Source of the DNA: an uncultured Verrucomicrobiota bacterium
Lineage (GTDB): Bacteria > Verrucomicrobiota > Kiritimatiellia > CAIKKV01 > CAITUY01
Direction of reading: 5' to 3'
Assembly: GCA_964458765.1 (NCBI GenBank)
Contig: CAYWKN010000004.1
Coordinates: 1-41,148 of the forward strand
Length of the DNA stretch: 41,148 bases
Position 1 is the first letter of the stretch. Every line of letters starts with the position of its first letter. A program made the position numbers and the translations under genes. The notes under the pieces are model-generated. The model saw only the letters and a program-made list of their open reading frames with translations. It was not told the DNA's origin and did not search any database. This document shows positions 27,846 to 36,001 of the stretch, piece by piece.

Positions 27846-29876
27846 CTAACGCTCGTCTGCCGGAGCCAGCACGATCGCGGTACGCGCGGGAAGGTACACC
27901 TTGAGATGGTGCGCCGCCGGTCCCGTCGCCGGGCCAGGAACGGCGCGGGTGAAGAACCGGGTGCTGGGCTCAACACGGCCGAAACCGCCGAACGCGCGGC
28001 TGTCACTGTCGAGGAGGATGCGGTACTCGCCGGGCGGCACGGGCAGGGAGTAGTCCGGGAAGGACTGGCGCGGATTGAAATTGAAGAGGAAAAGCAGGTG
28101 GGCCCGCTCGAAGGCCAGAACCTGGTCGGACAGGTGTTCGGCCAGGAAATGCGGCCCGGGCATGTCCAGCAGCCGGTGGGATCGGCCCAGTTCCATCATG
28201 GCGCGATCGAATTCCGCAAGAAAGCGGTACCGCAGGTTGGCGTCGTCGCTCAAGTGCCATTGGCGGCGGGCATAGTGGTAGCTCCAGTGGTTGCCCTCGC
28301 GGGGGAAGTCGATCCATTCCGGATGACCGAACTCGTTGCCCATGAAGTTCAGGTAGCCCTGGCCCGCCGTGGCGAAAGTGATCAGCCGGATCATCTTGTG
28401 GAGGGCGATGCCCCGGTCGACGCGCAGGTTGGGCTCGAAGACGTTCATGCTCGTGTACATGTCGCGCTCGATCAGACGAAAGATAAGCGTCTGGTCCCCA
28501 ACCAAGGCCTGGTCGTGCGATTCGGCATACGAGATGGTCTTCTCCTCCGGCCGGCGGTTGGTCAGCTCATAGTAAAGGTTGCCCATGTGCCAGTGTTCAT
28601 CCGGCACCTCCTTGATCAGCTTTATCCAGTAATCCGGGGTGCCCATGGCGAGGCGGTAATCGAAACCGACCCCGCCGGCAGATGCCGGGGACGCAAGGCC
28701 GGGCATGCCGCTGACGTCCTCGGCAATGGTAATGGCGTCGGGCCGGACAGCATGGATGACCTTGTTGGCCAACGCCAGATACACCAGGGCATCGTCGTCC
28801 GTATTGCCGGTGAAATAGTCCGCGTAGCTGTCGAACCTCTTGCCCAAGCCATGGTCGAGATAGAGCAGACTGGTCACGCCGTCAAAGCGGAATCCGTCGA
28901 AGCGGAACTCATCCAGCCAGTAGCGGCAATTGGAGAGAAGGAAGTGCAGGACTTCCGTTTTCCCGTAGTCAAAGCAGCGGGAATCCCATGCGTCATGGTT
29001 GCCGCGCGGACCGTCATGGAAGTACTGGTACAGAGTCCCATCCCAGCGGCTGAGCCCCTCCACCTCATTCTTCACGGAGTGCGAGTGCACGATATCCATG
29101 ATGACCGCCAGGCCGGCGGCATGACAGGCATCCACGAGCGCCTTGAGTTCCTCGGGTGTTCCGAAGCGGGAGGAGGGGGCGAAGTAGTTGCTCACGTGGT
29201 AGCCGAAGGAGCCGTAGTAGGGATGTTCCTGGATGGCCATAAGCTGGAGGGTGTTATAGCCTGCCGCAACGACCCGGGGGAGGACCTTGTCGCGGAATTC
29301 GAGGTACGTGCCGATGCGGGCGTCCTCCTGGGCCATGCCTACGTGCGCCTCGTAGATATGGGGCGCCACGCCCTGGCGGCGGAAGGCAGGCATCCGCCAC
29401 ACATAGGGTTGGGGCGGGAACCAGACCTGGGCCGAAAACATCTTGGTCTGCTCGTCCTGCACCACGCGCCGGGCATAGGCGGGAATGCGTTCCCCGCTGC
29501 CGCCGGGCCATGTGACCCGCAGCTTGAAGAGGTCGCCATGCCGGATCGCATCGCCGGGCAGGCGCAGTTCCCAGACGCCATGGGGGAGGCGTGAATAGGC
29601 GAAGGCCGGTTCCGTACGCCATCCACAGAAGGTTCCGGTGAGAGTGATACCCGTGGCATTCGGAGCCCACTCCCGCAGGATCCAGCCATCGGGGTCGCGA
29701 TGCAGCCCGAAGTACTCGTGCCCCGAGGCGAAATCCGACAGGGGCATGCGCCCGGCGGTCAAGCGTGCCTCCGTTCGGCGCACGCTATCCCAGCGGCGGC
29801 GGAGAACAGGTTCAAATGGGCGCAACGCGGGATCGCTATTGAGAATTCCCGGCTCGGCAAAACTTTGTTCGCTCAC
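27846..29876 (-). CDS. glgB: 1,4-alpha-glucan branching enzyme (GH13, eukaryote/Bacteroidota-like subtype)
   Basis: Motifs REWAPNA, IYEAHVGM, QEHPYYGSFGYHV, catalytic GFRFDGVTS, IAEDVSG, YAESHDQ, and LNFMGNEFGHPEWIDFPR. GTG 29876 follows AAGGA; 29915 is an alternative start. Confidence 0.92.
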   Translation of the reverse strand: MSEQSFAEPGILNSDPALRPFEPVLRRRWDSVRRTEARLTAGRMPLSDFASGHEYFGLHRDPDGWILREWAPNATGITLTGTFCGWRTEPAFAYSRLPHGVWELRLPGDAIRHGDLFKLRVTWPGGSGERIPAYARRVVQDEQTKMFSAQVWFPPQPYVWRMPAFRRQGVAPHIYEAHVGMAQEDARIGTYLEFRDKVLPRVVAAGYNTLQLMAIQEHPYYGSFGYHVSNYFAPSSRFGTPEELKALVDACHAAGLAVIMDIVHSHSVKNEVEGLSRWDGTLYQYFHDGPRGNHDAWDSRCFDYGKTEVLHFLLSNCRYWLDEFRFDGFRFDGVTSLLYLDHGLGKRFDSYADYFTGNTDDDALVYLALANKVIHAVRPDAITIAEDVSGMPGLASPASAGGVGFDYRLAMGTPDYWIKLIKEVPDEHWHMGNLYYELTNRRPEEKTISYAESHDQALVGDQTLIFRLIERDMYTSMNVFEPNLRVDRGIALHKMIRLITFATAGQGYLNFMGNEFGHPEWIDFPREGNHWSYHYARRQWHLSDDANLRYRFLAEFDRAMMELGRSHRLLDMPGPHFLAEHLSDQVLAFERAHLLFLFNFNPRQSFPDYSLPVPPGEYRILLDSDSRAFGGFGRVEPSTRFFTRAVPGPATGPAAHHLKVYLPARTAIVLAPADER

Positions 29877-29930
29877 GCGGGTCTTCCTTTCCAGCAGCGG
29901 TTTCCGGGCGACCACAGGGCCACGCCGCCC

Positions 29931-31505
29931 TTAGGGACGGAAAATTTCGAATGTCCGTGATTGCCCGTCGCTGCCGCGGGTGATCGTTACGGTGATGATC
30001 CCGTCCGCATCGCAGCTGTAGGTCTCGGTGACGGGAGACTGCAGATCGTCGCGCGCCGTGATGTCGGCCGGGGAAATGGCGGCATTGAGCGGCAGGGCGG
30101 GATCGTAGGGGAAAAGAATCTCCGACCAGCGGCGAACGCCATCGGAGGGATAGCCGTTGCCATCGACCGTGGTGCATTCGAGAAATCGCAGATGTCCGAT
30201 GTTATGGCGGGGCACATAACTGGCCGAGCAGGTGACGGGGGGACCCTCACGCTCAGGCAGCCGGACGCCCGCGGCGAACACCGGAGAGAAGATCTCCTGC
30301 GAACCGTGGTGGGCCAGGCGTATCAGGCCGAACTGGCGGGAAAAGACGTCGTTCACGCGAACAGCCTCGGATCCGTGGATTGCCGCGCCCATCGCGGTGG
30401 CGGAAAAAGGCTTGTCCGTCGTGAGGACACGGATACCCGGGAAACGACGTGTAACCATCTTGCCGGCCAGGGGCAATCTCGAGGATCCGCCCACGAGGTA
30501 GATGGCGTCGAGCACGCGGGAATCAGACTTCGCCGGATCATAGCCCGCCTGCGTCATGACTTCCGCCAGCTTTTCGATGGCGGGCGTCATCAACTCGGTA
30601 AGCTTCTTCTCATATACGGCTGTGGGGATCCGGCACAAGGGGCCGGTCAACCCCAGTTCCTCGGGGTCGAGGGTCAATTGACGGACCGTGCCCAGGCTCA
30701 GGCGTTCCTTTTCCCGGCAGGCGTGCATGAGAAGCAGGGTCTGCTGGAAGTGCGAGAGCCCGTCGTAGACAATATTCAGGCGGTCGGCGAACAAGCGGGC
30801 CAGGGCTTCGTCGAAATCGTCTCCGCCCAGGCGTTCGATGCCGGCCGAGGCCAACACGGTATAGTCCTGGCCTTCGATGCGCACCACGGAGGCATCGAAG
30901 GTTCCTCCGCCGAGGTCGAAGACGGCGGCCGCCGCCCGAACCTTGCGCGCCTGGGTACGGTCTCCGTGAACAAGCCGGTCGGCCAGTTCGATGGCGGCCG
31001 CCGATGGTTCATTCAGGGTGGATCGAATCTGGAAACCGGCGTCCCGGAAACAGTTCCGCGTAACATGGCGCTGGGCGCCGTTGGCGTTGGCCGGCCAGGT
31101 CAGGACGACGTCCATCGGCTCGTCGGCGGGGAACAGTGCGGATCGTCGGATGGAGGCCTTGACGGCGGTCGCAAACTGGGTCAGGGCATCCCGGAGATCC
31201 AGCCCGCCTTCGATCCATTCATTCCCGAAACGGCCCCCATCCGTGTAGTCACGAAGCAATCGCTTGAAGGACCGGAAGGGAATGTAGCGGTCACCGGCGC
31301 CCGGCTCGACCAGGGCCCGTTCCGCCTCCGCTCCGAACCGGTATTCCCGCGTCAGCTTGTCAAACGTGATCATCGACGGGAATGTCTCCCGGACGACGCG
31401 TCCGACGGCGGTATCCACCACCTGCGGCACAAGCGGGTAACGGCCGCGGTCGGCGCAGACCACGACCGTGTTTGTTGTTCCGTAATCAATGCCCAGGCGC
31501 GCCAT
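29931..31505 (-). CDS. Atypical Hsp70-family protein (NBD + beta-SBD, no helical lid)
   Basis: Motifs GIDYGTTNT, SFKRLL, NEPSAAA, DLGGGTFD, LGGDDFD and LVGGSSRLP. It ends shortly after DADGIITV at 524 aa. Confidence 0.88.
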   Translation of the reverse strand: MARLGIDYGTTNTVVVCADRGRYPLVPQVVDTAVGRVVRETFPSMITFDKLTREYRFGAEAERALVEPGAGDRYIPFRSFKRLLRDYTDGGRFGNEWIEGGLDLRDALTQFATAVKASIRRSALFPADEPMDVVLTWPANANGAQRHVTRNCFRDAGFQIRSTLNEPSAAAIELADRLVHGDRTQARKVRAAAAVFDLGGGTFDASVVRIEGQDYTVLASAGIERLGGDDFDEALARLFADRLNIVYDGLSHFQQTLLLMHACREKERLSLGTVRQLTLDPEELGLTGPLCRIPTAVYEKKLTELMTPAIEKLAEVMTQAGYDPAKSDSRVLDAIYLVGGSSRLPLAGKMVTRRFPGIRVLTTDKPFSATAMGAAIHGSEAVRVNDVFSRQFGLIRLAHHGSQEIFSPVFAAGVRLPEREGPPVTCSASYVPRHNIGHLRFLECTTVDGNGYPSDGVRRWSEILFPYDPALPLNAAISPADITARDDLQSPVTETYSCDADGIITVTITRGSDGQSRTFEIFRP

Positions 31506-31507
31506 GC

Positions 31508-32068
31508 CTACGCCCTCCGGTTCAAGGAGACGAGGCAACGGGCGAGGATCTGGCCGTTCGCCGTTCGCCATCCGGGACGCAAGGTGGCGGCAATCACGCC
31601 GTCGGGCAGATGTCCGTCGCGCACCTCGCGGCCGACTTCATGAATCACCGGGTCGAGATGCTCCATGCGCTCGGCGGTAAAGGAAACCGCGCCAAGCTCA
31701 TCGAGAAGCGCGTCCATGCGGCCAACCACTTCGGAGGCATCCAAAGGAACGGCATGACGGATCGCCGCGAGTTTCTGGAGGACGGTCAGCATGCGGCTCT
31801 CCAGGATGTCTGCCAGAACCCTGCGCAAGGCGCTGACTTCGTCGGCAGTAACACCGATCTGCGAGCGGCCAACAAGGGCGCTAACGGACTCGCGGAGGAG
31901 GGCGATTTCCTTGCAGAGCGCCTGTGTTCCCGGGGTGGAGGCGGATCGGGCGCCCGACACGGAGGGGGCATCACGCTTGATCGCAGGGCGGATCACGGGC
32001 GCTGGACGTTTGGAGGCGGCGCGGCGCGTCTTTGTCGCTGGAGACGGACGGTTTTTTTTCGCGGACAT
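31508..32068 (-). CDS. GrpE-like nucleotide exchange factor with basic N-terminal tail
   Basis: C-terminal LDPVIHEV...DGVI...LRPGW..NG.IL....V.L resembles the GrpE beta head (FDPxxHEA...GY...L.R.A.V). AAGGAG RBS. Its stop is 2 nt from the Hsp70 start. Confidence 0.7.
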   Translation of the reverse strand: MSAKKNRPSPATKTRRAASKRPAPVIRPAIKRDAPSVSGARSASTPGTQALCKEIALLRESVSALVGRSQIGVTADEVSALRRVLADILESRMLTVLQKLAAIRHAVPLDASEVVGRMDALLDELGAVSFTAERMEHLDPVIHEVGREVRDGHLPDGVIAATLRPGWRTANGQILARCLVSLNRRA

Positions 32069-32100
32069 GATAGGCTCCTTGTGTGGTGTGTGTGAATCTG

Positions 32101-32116
32101 TGCAAAGTGTATGCCA
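32101..32116 (-). promoter_or_regulatory. Sigma54 (-24/-12) promoter
   Basis: Minus strand TGGCATACACTTTGCA = GG-N10-GC, matching TGGCAY-N5-TTGCW, 32 nt upstream of the GrpE-like ATG. Confidence 0.7.
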
Positions 32117-32293
32117 CCCCGTGCCAAAAGCAAGCCAAATGAGAGACGGCATGTGTGAAACAGGTTCGGAAAGACGCGTCCGGGCGCGTCATTTCACCGC
32201 AGGCACGGGGGCAGGAGCCGGAATGAGTGTAATGTTCACAATCACGGCGCCGGTATTGTCGGCCCGCAACGCGACCGGAGCGATCTCGAACAC

Positions 32294-32446
32294 ATGTATG
32301 ACAAACCGCCTGCACACAAGGAGCGGATTCCCGGTCCGATCCGAGAGGTGCTGGCGCGCGCCATGAGCCTTACTCCGGCGGACCGGTGGGCATCGGTCAC
32401 GGAATTCGGCCAGGCGTTGAGCGGCGCGGCTGAAAAAGTTCTGTAA
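32294..32446 (+). pseudogene. 50-codon remnant resembling the C-terminal end of a Ser/Thr protein kinase domain
   Basis: MYDKPPAHKERIPGPIREVLARAMSLTPADRWASVTEFGQALSGAAEKVL* resembles Hanks subdomains X-XI (P..L..VL.RAL...P.DR..S..EF..AL). It is below the ORF-track cutoff. Confidence 0.5.
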
Positions 32447-32453
32447 TCCCGGC

Positions 32454-32483
32454 TTTACAACAGGCCGGGGATTTGGCTATAAG
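32454..32483 (+). promoter_or_regulatory. Putative sigma70 promoter for tRNA-Ala-rlmB-dinB
   Basis: TTTACA-N18-TATAAG, 15 nt upstream of the tRNA. Confidence 0.5.
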
Positions 32484-32498
32484 ACGCATTCCTTTTGT

Positions 32499-32574
32499 GG
32501 GGCGGTAGCTCAGTTGGTAGAGCACCACGTTCGCAACGTGGGGGTCGTGAGTTCGAATCTCATTCGCTCCACCA
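32499..32574 (+). tRNA. tRNA-Ala (anticodon CGC)
   Basis: GGGGCGG/TCGCTCC acceptor stem with the G3:U70 Ala determinant; CCACG-TTCGCAA-CGTGG anticodon arm; GTTCGAAT; ACCA end; 76 nt. Confidence 0.96.
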
Positions 32575-32639
32575 TCCTTCCTTCGCCGTCGGGCGAGAGC
32601 AGGATGAAACGTCAGCCACGGATGGATGGGCTCCTCCAT

Positions 32640-33389
32640 ATGAGCGCGCAGGAAATTCTCTACGGACGGCAGCCGGTGTGCGAAATGTTGCTGGCGGGTC
32701 GGCGAACGGTCACTCGATTGATGATGGCGGACAACGTTCGCCGGTCGGCAGCCATGATTGTCCGCCTGGAAAAACTGGCGGCGAAACGTTCGCTGGACAT
32801 GGAAACGGTGAGGGTGCAGGAACTGGATCGCTTCTGCCGGAGCGGGAATCACCAGGGGGTGGCGGCAGAGGTCTCCGAATACACCTATGCGGAGTGGCAC
32901 GATCTGCGCGAAACAGGCGCCACCGCGAAGCGGCCGGCGCTGTACCTGCTCGTGGACCATGTCCAGGATCCCCAGAATCTCGGCTCCATGTTGCGCTCGG
33001 CGGATGCGGCGGGTGTAACGGGTGTCATTATTCCCGGCAGCCGTGCGGCCGCAGTGACGCCCGCGGTGGTGCGCGCCTCGGCCGGCGCGGCGGAACACGT
33101 TGCCGTGGCAAAGGTCGGCAACCTGACCAATGTGATGCGGGATCTGCGGGAGGATGGCGTTCGGCTGGCGGGACTGGATACCGATGCCGAGGCCGTCCTG
33201 TATACGGCAGCGGAACTGACGGGGCCGGCGGCGCTGGTTGTCGGCGGGGAAGACGAAGGGCTGGGCCGGTTGGTGCGGGATCTCTGCGATGTGCGGATCC
33301 GCATCCCGATGGCCGGGCGGGTCGGTTCGCTGAACGCAGCGGTATCGGCGGCGATCGCGCTCTTTGAGGTGCGAAGACAACAGTCGTAA
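32640..33389 (+). CDS. rlmB: 23S rRNA (G2251)-2'-O-methyltransferase (SpoU/TrmH family)
   Basis: Motifs YGRQPV.E, NHQGV, VQDPQNLG..LRSA, ASAGA, GGEDEGL and IPM.G.V.SLNAAVS. Confidence 0.9.
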   Translation: MSAQEILYGRQPVCEMLLAGRRTVTRLMMADNVRRSAAMIVRLEKLAAKRSLDMETVRVQELDRFCRSGNHQGVAAEVSEYTYAEWHDLRETGATAKRPALYLLVDHVQDPQNLGSMLRSADAAGVTGVIIPGSRAAAVTPAVVRASAGAAEHVAVAKVGNLTNVMRDLREDGVRLAGLDTDAEAVLYTAAELTGPAALVVGGEDEGLGRLVRDLCDVRIRIPMAGRVGSLNAAVSAAIALFEVRRQQS

Positions 33390-33419
33390 GACGCGACCCG
33401 CCGACGTGGGGACGTAGGC

Positions 33420-34823
33420 ATGAACGTTCCGGCGCGAACCATACTGCATGTGGACATGGATGCGTTCTACGCAGCCGTCGAACAGCTTGATCATCCCGAA
33501 TGGCGGAACAAGCCCGTCATCGTGGGCGCCCCGCCGGACCGGCGCGGCGTGGTGGCCACCTGTTCCTACGAAGCGCGCCGGTTTGGCGTGCATTCGGCGA
33601 TGCCGTCGCGCACGGCCGGCAAGCTCTGCCCGGCGGGAATCTTCGTGCCGCCCCGGATGGAGCGATACGAGGCAGTCTCTTCCCGGATCATGGACGTGTT
33701 TTCCGAATTCACACCGCTGGTGGAGCCGCTGTCGCTTGACGAGGCGTTTCTGGATGTGACCGGCGCTCCCTCGCAATGGGGTGACGGCGTGGCCATCGCC
33801 CGCGAACTCAAGCGAAGGGTATTCGAGCGCACAGGCGGCCTGACCGCGTCGGTTGGGGTGGCAGGGAACAAGTTCCTGGCCAAGGTGGCGAGCGATCTTC
33901 ACAAGCCTGACGGATTGACGGTTGTGCCGCGCGACGCGGCGGGTGTGCGGTCTTTCCTGGCGCCATTGCCGGTCACACGCCTCTGGGGCGTCGGCAAGGT
34001 GTCCGGGCAGCGGCTGTCCGAGGCGGGTATCCGGACCATTGGACAATTGCAGTCGCTGCCCCTGCCTGCCCTGGGCAAGCTTTTCGGCGCGGCGGGAGCG
34101 CGGCATGTGGCCGAACTCTGTGTGGGGATTGACGATCGTTCCGTGGAGACGGAGCACGAAGAAAAGAGCGTCTCCGGGGAGCATACGTTTGATCCGGACT
34201 GCGCGGACATGGATCAGGTCCGCCGGATGCTGCAGGAGCAGGTGGAGCGGGTCGGACGGCGCTTGCGGGCCTCGGGCAAGGAGGGGGGGACGGCGCATCT
34301 CAAGGTCCGGTTCAGTGATTTCCGGACGATCACGCGGCAGATGAGCCTGGCGCGACCGACCGACAGCGACAGGACGCTGCGGGATGCCGCCTACGCCTTG
34401 TGGGAGAAGGAACACATCCGTCAGCCTGTACGCCTGGTCGGTTTCGGAGTGAGCCGTCTGGCCGTCAAGGGACAGACGGCGGGCGCAGGCCAACAACTGC
34501 TGCTCGATGTCGTGCCGCCGGACAAACCCGATTCGCGTCATGCGGCGCTGGACCGGACCGTGGACCGTTTGCGGGAGACATTTGGACGGGATGCGCTCAA
34601 GCGGGGTCACTGGCGCAGGACGGAAGACACGGCGCGGCAGGGACAGCCATCGCCCGCATCACGGGTCGCGGATGTGGAGGCGGGTTTCGGCGACAATGAC
34701 GCCGCTGAGCGCCAGCAGCGAGACGAGGTTGGGGATGGCCATCAGGGCGTTGGCGATGTCGGCGAAGGACCACACGGCGGGCAGGGAGGTGATCGAACCG
34801 ACCATTACCGCGGCCACCTATAG
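33420..34823 (+). CDS. dinB: DNA polymerase IV (Y family)
   Basis: Motifs HVDMDAFYAAVE, SYEAR.FGV.SAM, SLDEAFLD, NKFLAK.AS..KPDG and LWGVG. The last ~55 codons run antisense over the symporter tail. Confidence 0.93.
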   Translation: MNVPARTILHVDMDAFYAAVEQLDHPEWRNKPVIVGAPPDRRGVVATCSYEARRFGVHSAMPSRTAGKLCPAGIFVPPRMERYEAVSSRIMDVFSEFTPLVEPLSLDEAFLDVTGAPSQWGDGVAIARELKRRVFERTGGLTASVGVAGNKFLAKVASDLHKPDGLTVVPRDAAGVRSFLAPLPVTRLWGVGKVSGQRLSEAGIRTIGQLQSLPLPALGKLFGAAGARHVAELCVGIDDRSVETEHEEKSVSGEHTFDPDCADMDQVRRMLQEQVERVGRRLRASGKEGGTAHLKVRFSDFRTITRQMSLARPTDSDRTLRDAAYALWEKEHIRQPVRLVGFGVSRLAVKGQTAGAGQQLLLDVVPPDKPDSRHAALDRTVDRLRETFGRDALKRGHWRRTEDTARQGQPSPASRVADVEAGFGDNDAAERQQRDEVGDGHQGVGDVGEGPHGGQGGDRTDHYRGHL

Positions 34824-35981
34824 CCAGCGGTAAGGCCGGATGGCGCGCGCGCCCCACAGGTATTCCGCCGCCTTCTCCCCGTAGTACGACCACCCCAGAA
34901 TGGTGGAAAACACGAACGTCAGCAACCCGAACGTCAGAAGGATCGGGCCGATCACGGGGAACGAGGAGAAGGCGGCCTTCGTCAGCAAGGCGCCGTTCAG
35001 CCCCGAGTGCCACTGGTCGGAGTTGACGAGCACAAGCCCGGTGAGAGCGCAGACGACGACCGTATCCCAAAAGACGCCCGTGGCGGAGACGAGAGCCTGG
35101 CGGACGGGGTTGGGGGTCTGGGCGGCCGCAGCCACGATGGGCGCGCTGCCCATGCCGGCCTCGTTCGAGAAGAGGCCGCGGGCGATACCATACCGCATGG
35201 CCTCCCGCATGCCGGCGCCGAGGAACCCGCCGAATGCCGCCTGTCCTGTAAAGGCCGTTGAAAGAATGAGGCGAATGGTTGCCGGAAGCGTTTCGGCTTT
35301 CAGGCAGAGCAACGCGACACAGCCGGCGATGTAGAACACCGCCATGAAGGGGACCAGCTTCTCGCAGGTGCGCGAAATGGAACGGATGCCGCCCAGGATG
35401 ACCACGGCGGTCAGAACCGTCAGGATCGCTCCGGTTCCCCAGGCGGGCAGGCCGAACGTATCGCGAGCCAGCGAGGCAATGGAGTTCGCCTGCACCATGT
35501 TCCCGATGCCGAAGGCGGCAATGGCCGTGAAACCGGCGAAAGCGATGGCCAGCCACCGTGACTTCATGCCGCGCTCGAGGGCGTACATGGGACCGCCCGC
35601 CATGCTGCCGTCCGGCGTGACGATGCGGTACTTGATGGCCAGCACCGCCTCGGCGTACTTGGTGGCGATGCCAAACACACCGGTGAGCCACATCCAGAGG
35701 ACCGCGCCGGGGCCGCCGGCGGCGATGGCCGTGGCAACGCCGACAATGTTGCCGGTTCCGATCGTGGCCGCCAGGGCGGTAGTCAGGGCGCCGAAATGGC
35801 TGACATCTCCGGCGCCCTCGCGATGCCGGGAGAAGGATATCCGGATGGCACGCAAGATGTGGCGCTGCACGAATCCGAGGCGGAAGGTAAGAAACAGGTG
35901 CACTCCGAACAGCAGGACCAGCATGGGCGGGCCCCACACAAAGGAGTTGATCTGCTCGAGGATGGGTTCGATTTGTCGCAT
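34659..35981 (-). pseudogene. Alanine/glycine:cation symporter (AGCS/AlsT family) with one in-frame TAG
   Basis: Motifs ALAATIGTGNI.GVATAI..GGPGA..WMW, GGPMY and RGLFSNEAGMGS. TAG at 34818-34820 is followed in frame by 52 more family-like codons (VWSFADIANALMAIPNL.SLL.LS) ending at TGA 34659-34661. Confidence 0.85.
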
Positions 35982-36001
35982 GGCATGCTTCCCGGTCCGG
36001 G

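Noticed and set aside
27810-29594. 594-aa plus-strand ORF
   Set aside because: Antisense shadow of glgB.
29961-31643. 560-aa plus-strand ORF opposite the Hsp70 gene
   Set aside because: Long antisense ORFs opposite Hsp70 genes are a known codon-bias effect. No independent motifs were seen.
32113-32127. Second sigma54-like element TTGGCACGGGGTGGC
   Set aside because: The GG-to-GC spacing is 9 nt rather than the required 10.
32117-32440. NifA upstream activator sequence TGT-N10-ACA
   Set aside because: Only other spacings were seen (for example TGT-N7-ACA at 32228-32240), so there is no direct link to the NifA-like protein.
26830-32574. Genomic island bounded by the two tRNAs
   Set aside because: No integrase, no duplicated tRNA 3' end noticed, and no obvious compositional shift.
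32397-34610. 737-aa minus-strand ORF
   Set aside because: Antisense shadow of tRNA-Ala, rlmB and dinB, with no motifs. Long shadow ORFs are expected at high GC.
34818-34820. Genome-wide TAG recoding (pyrrolysine or alternative code)
   Set aside because: TAG ends lysC, murG, the NifA-like gene and the bactofilin gene at their expected C-termini, and no pyl genes are in the window.
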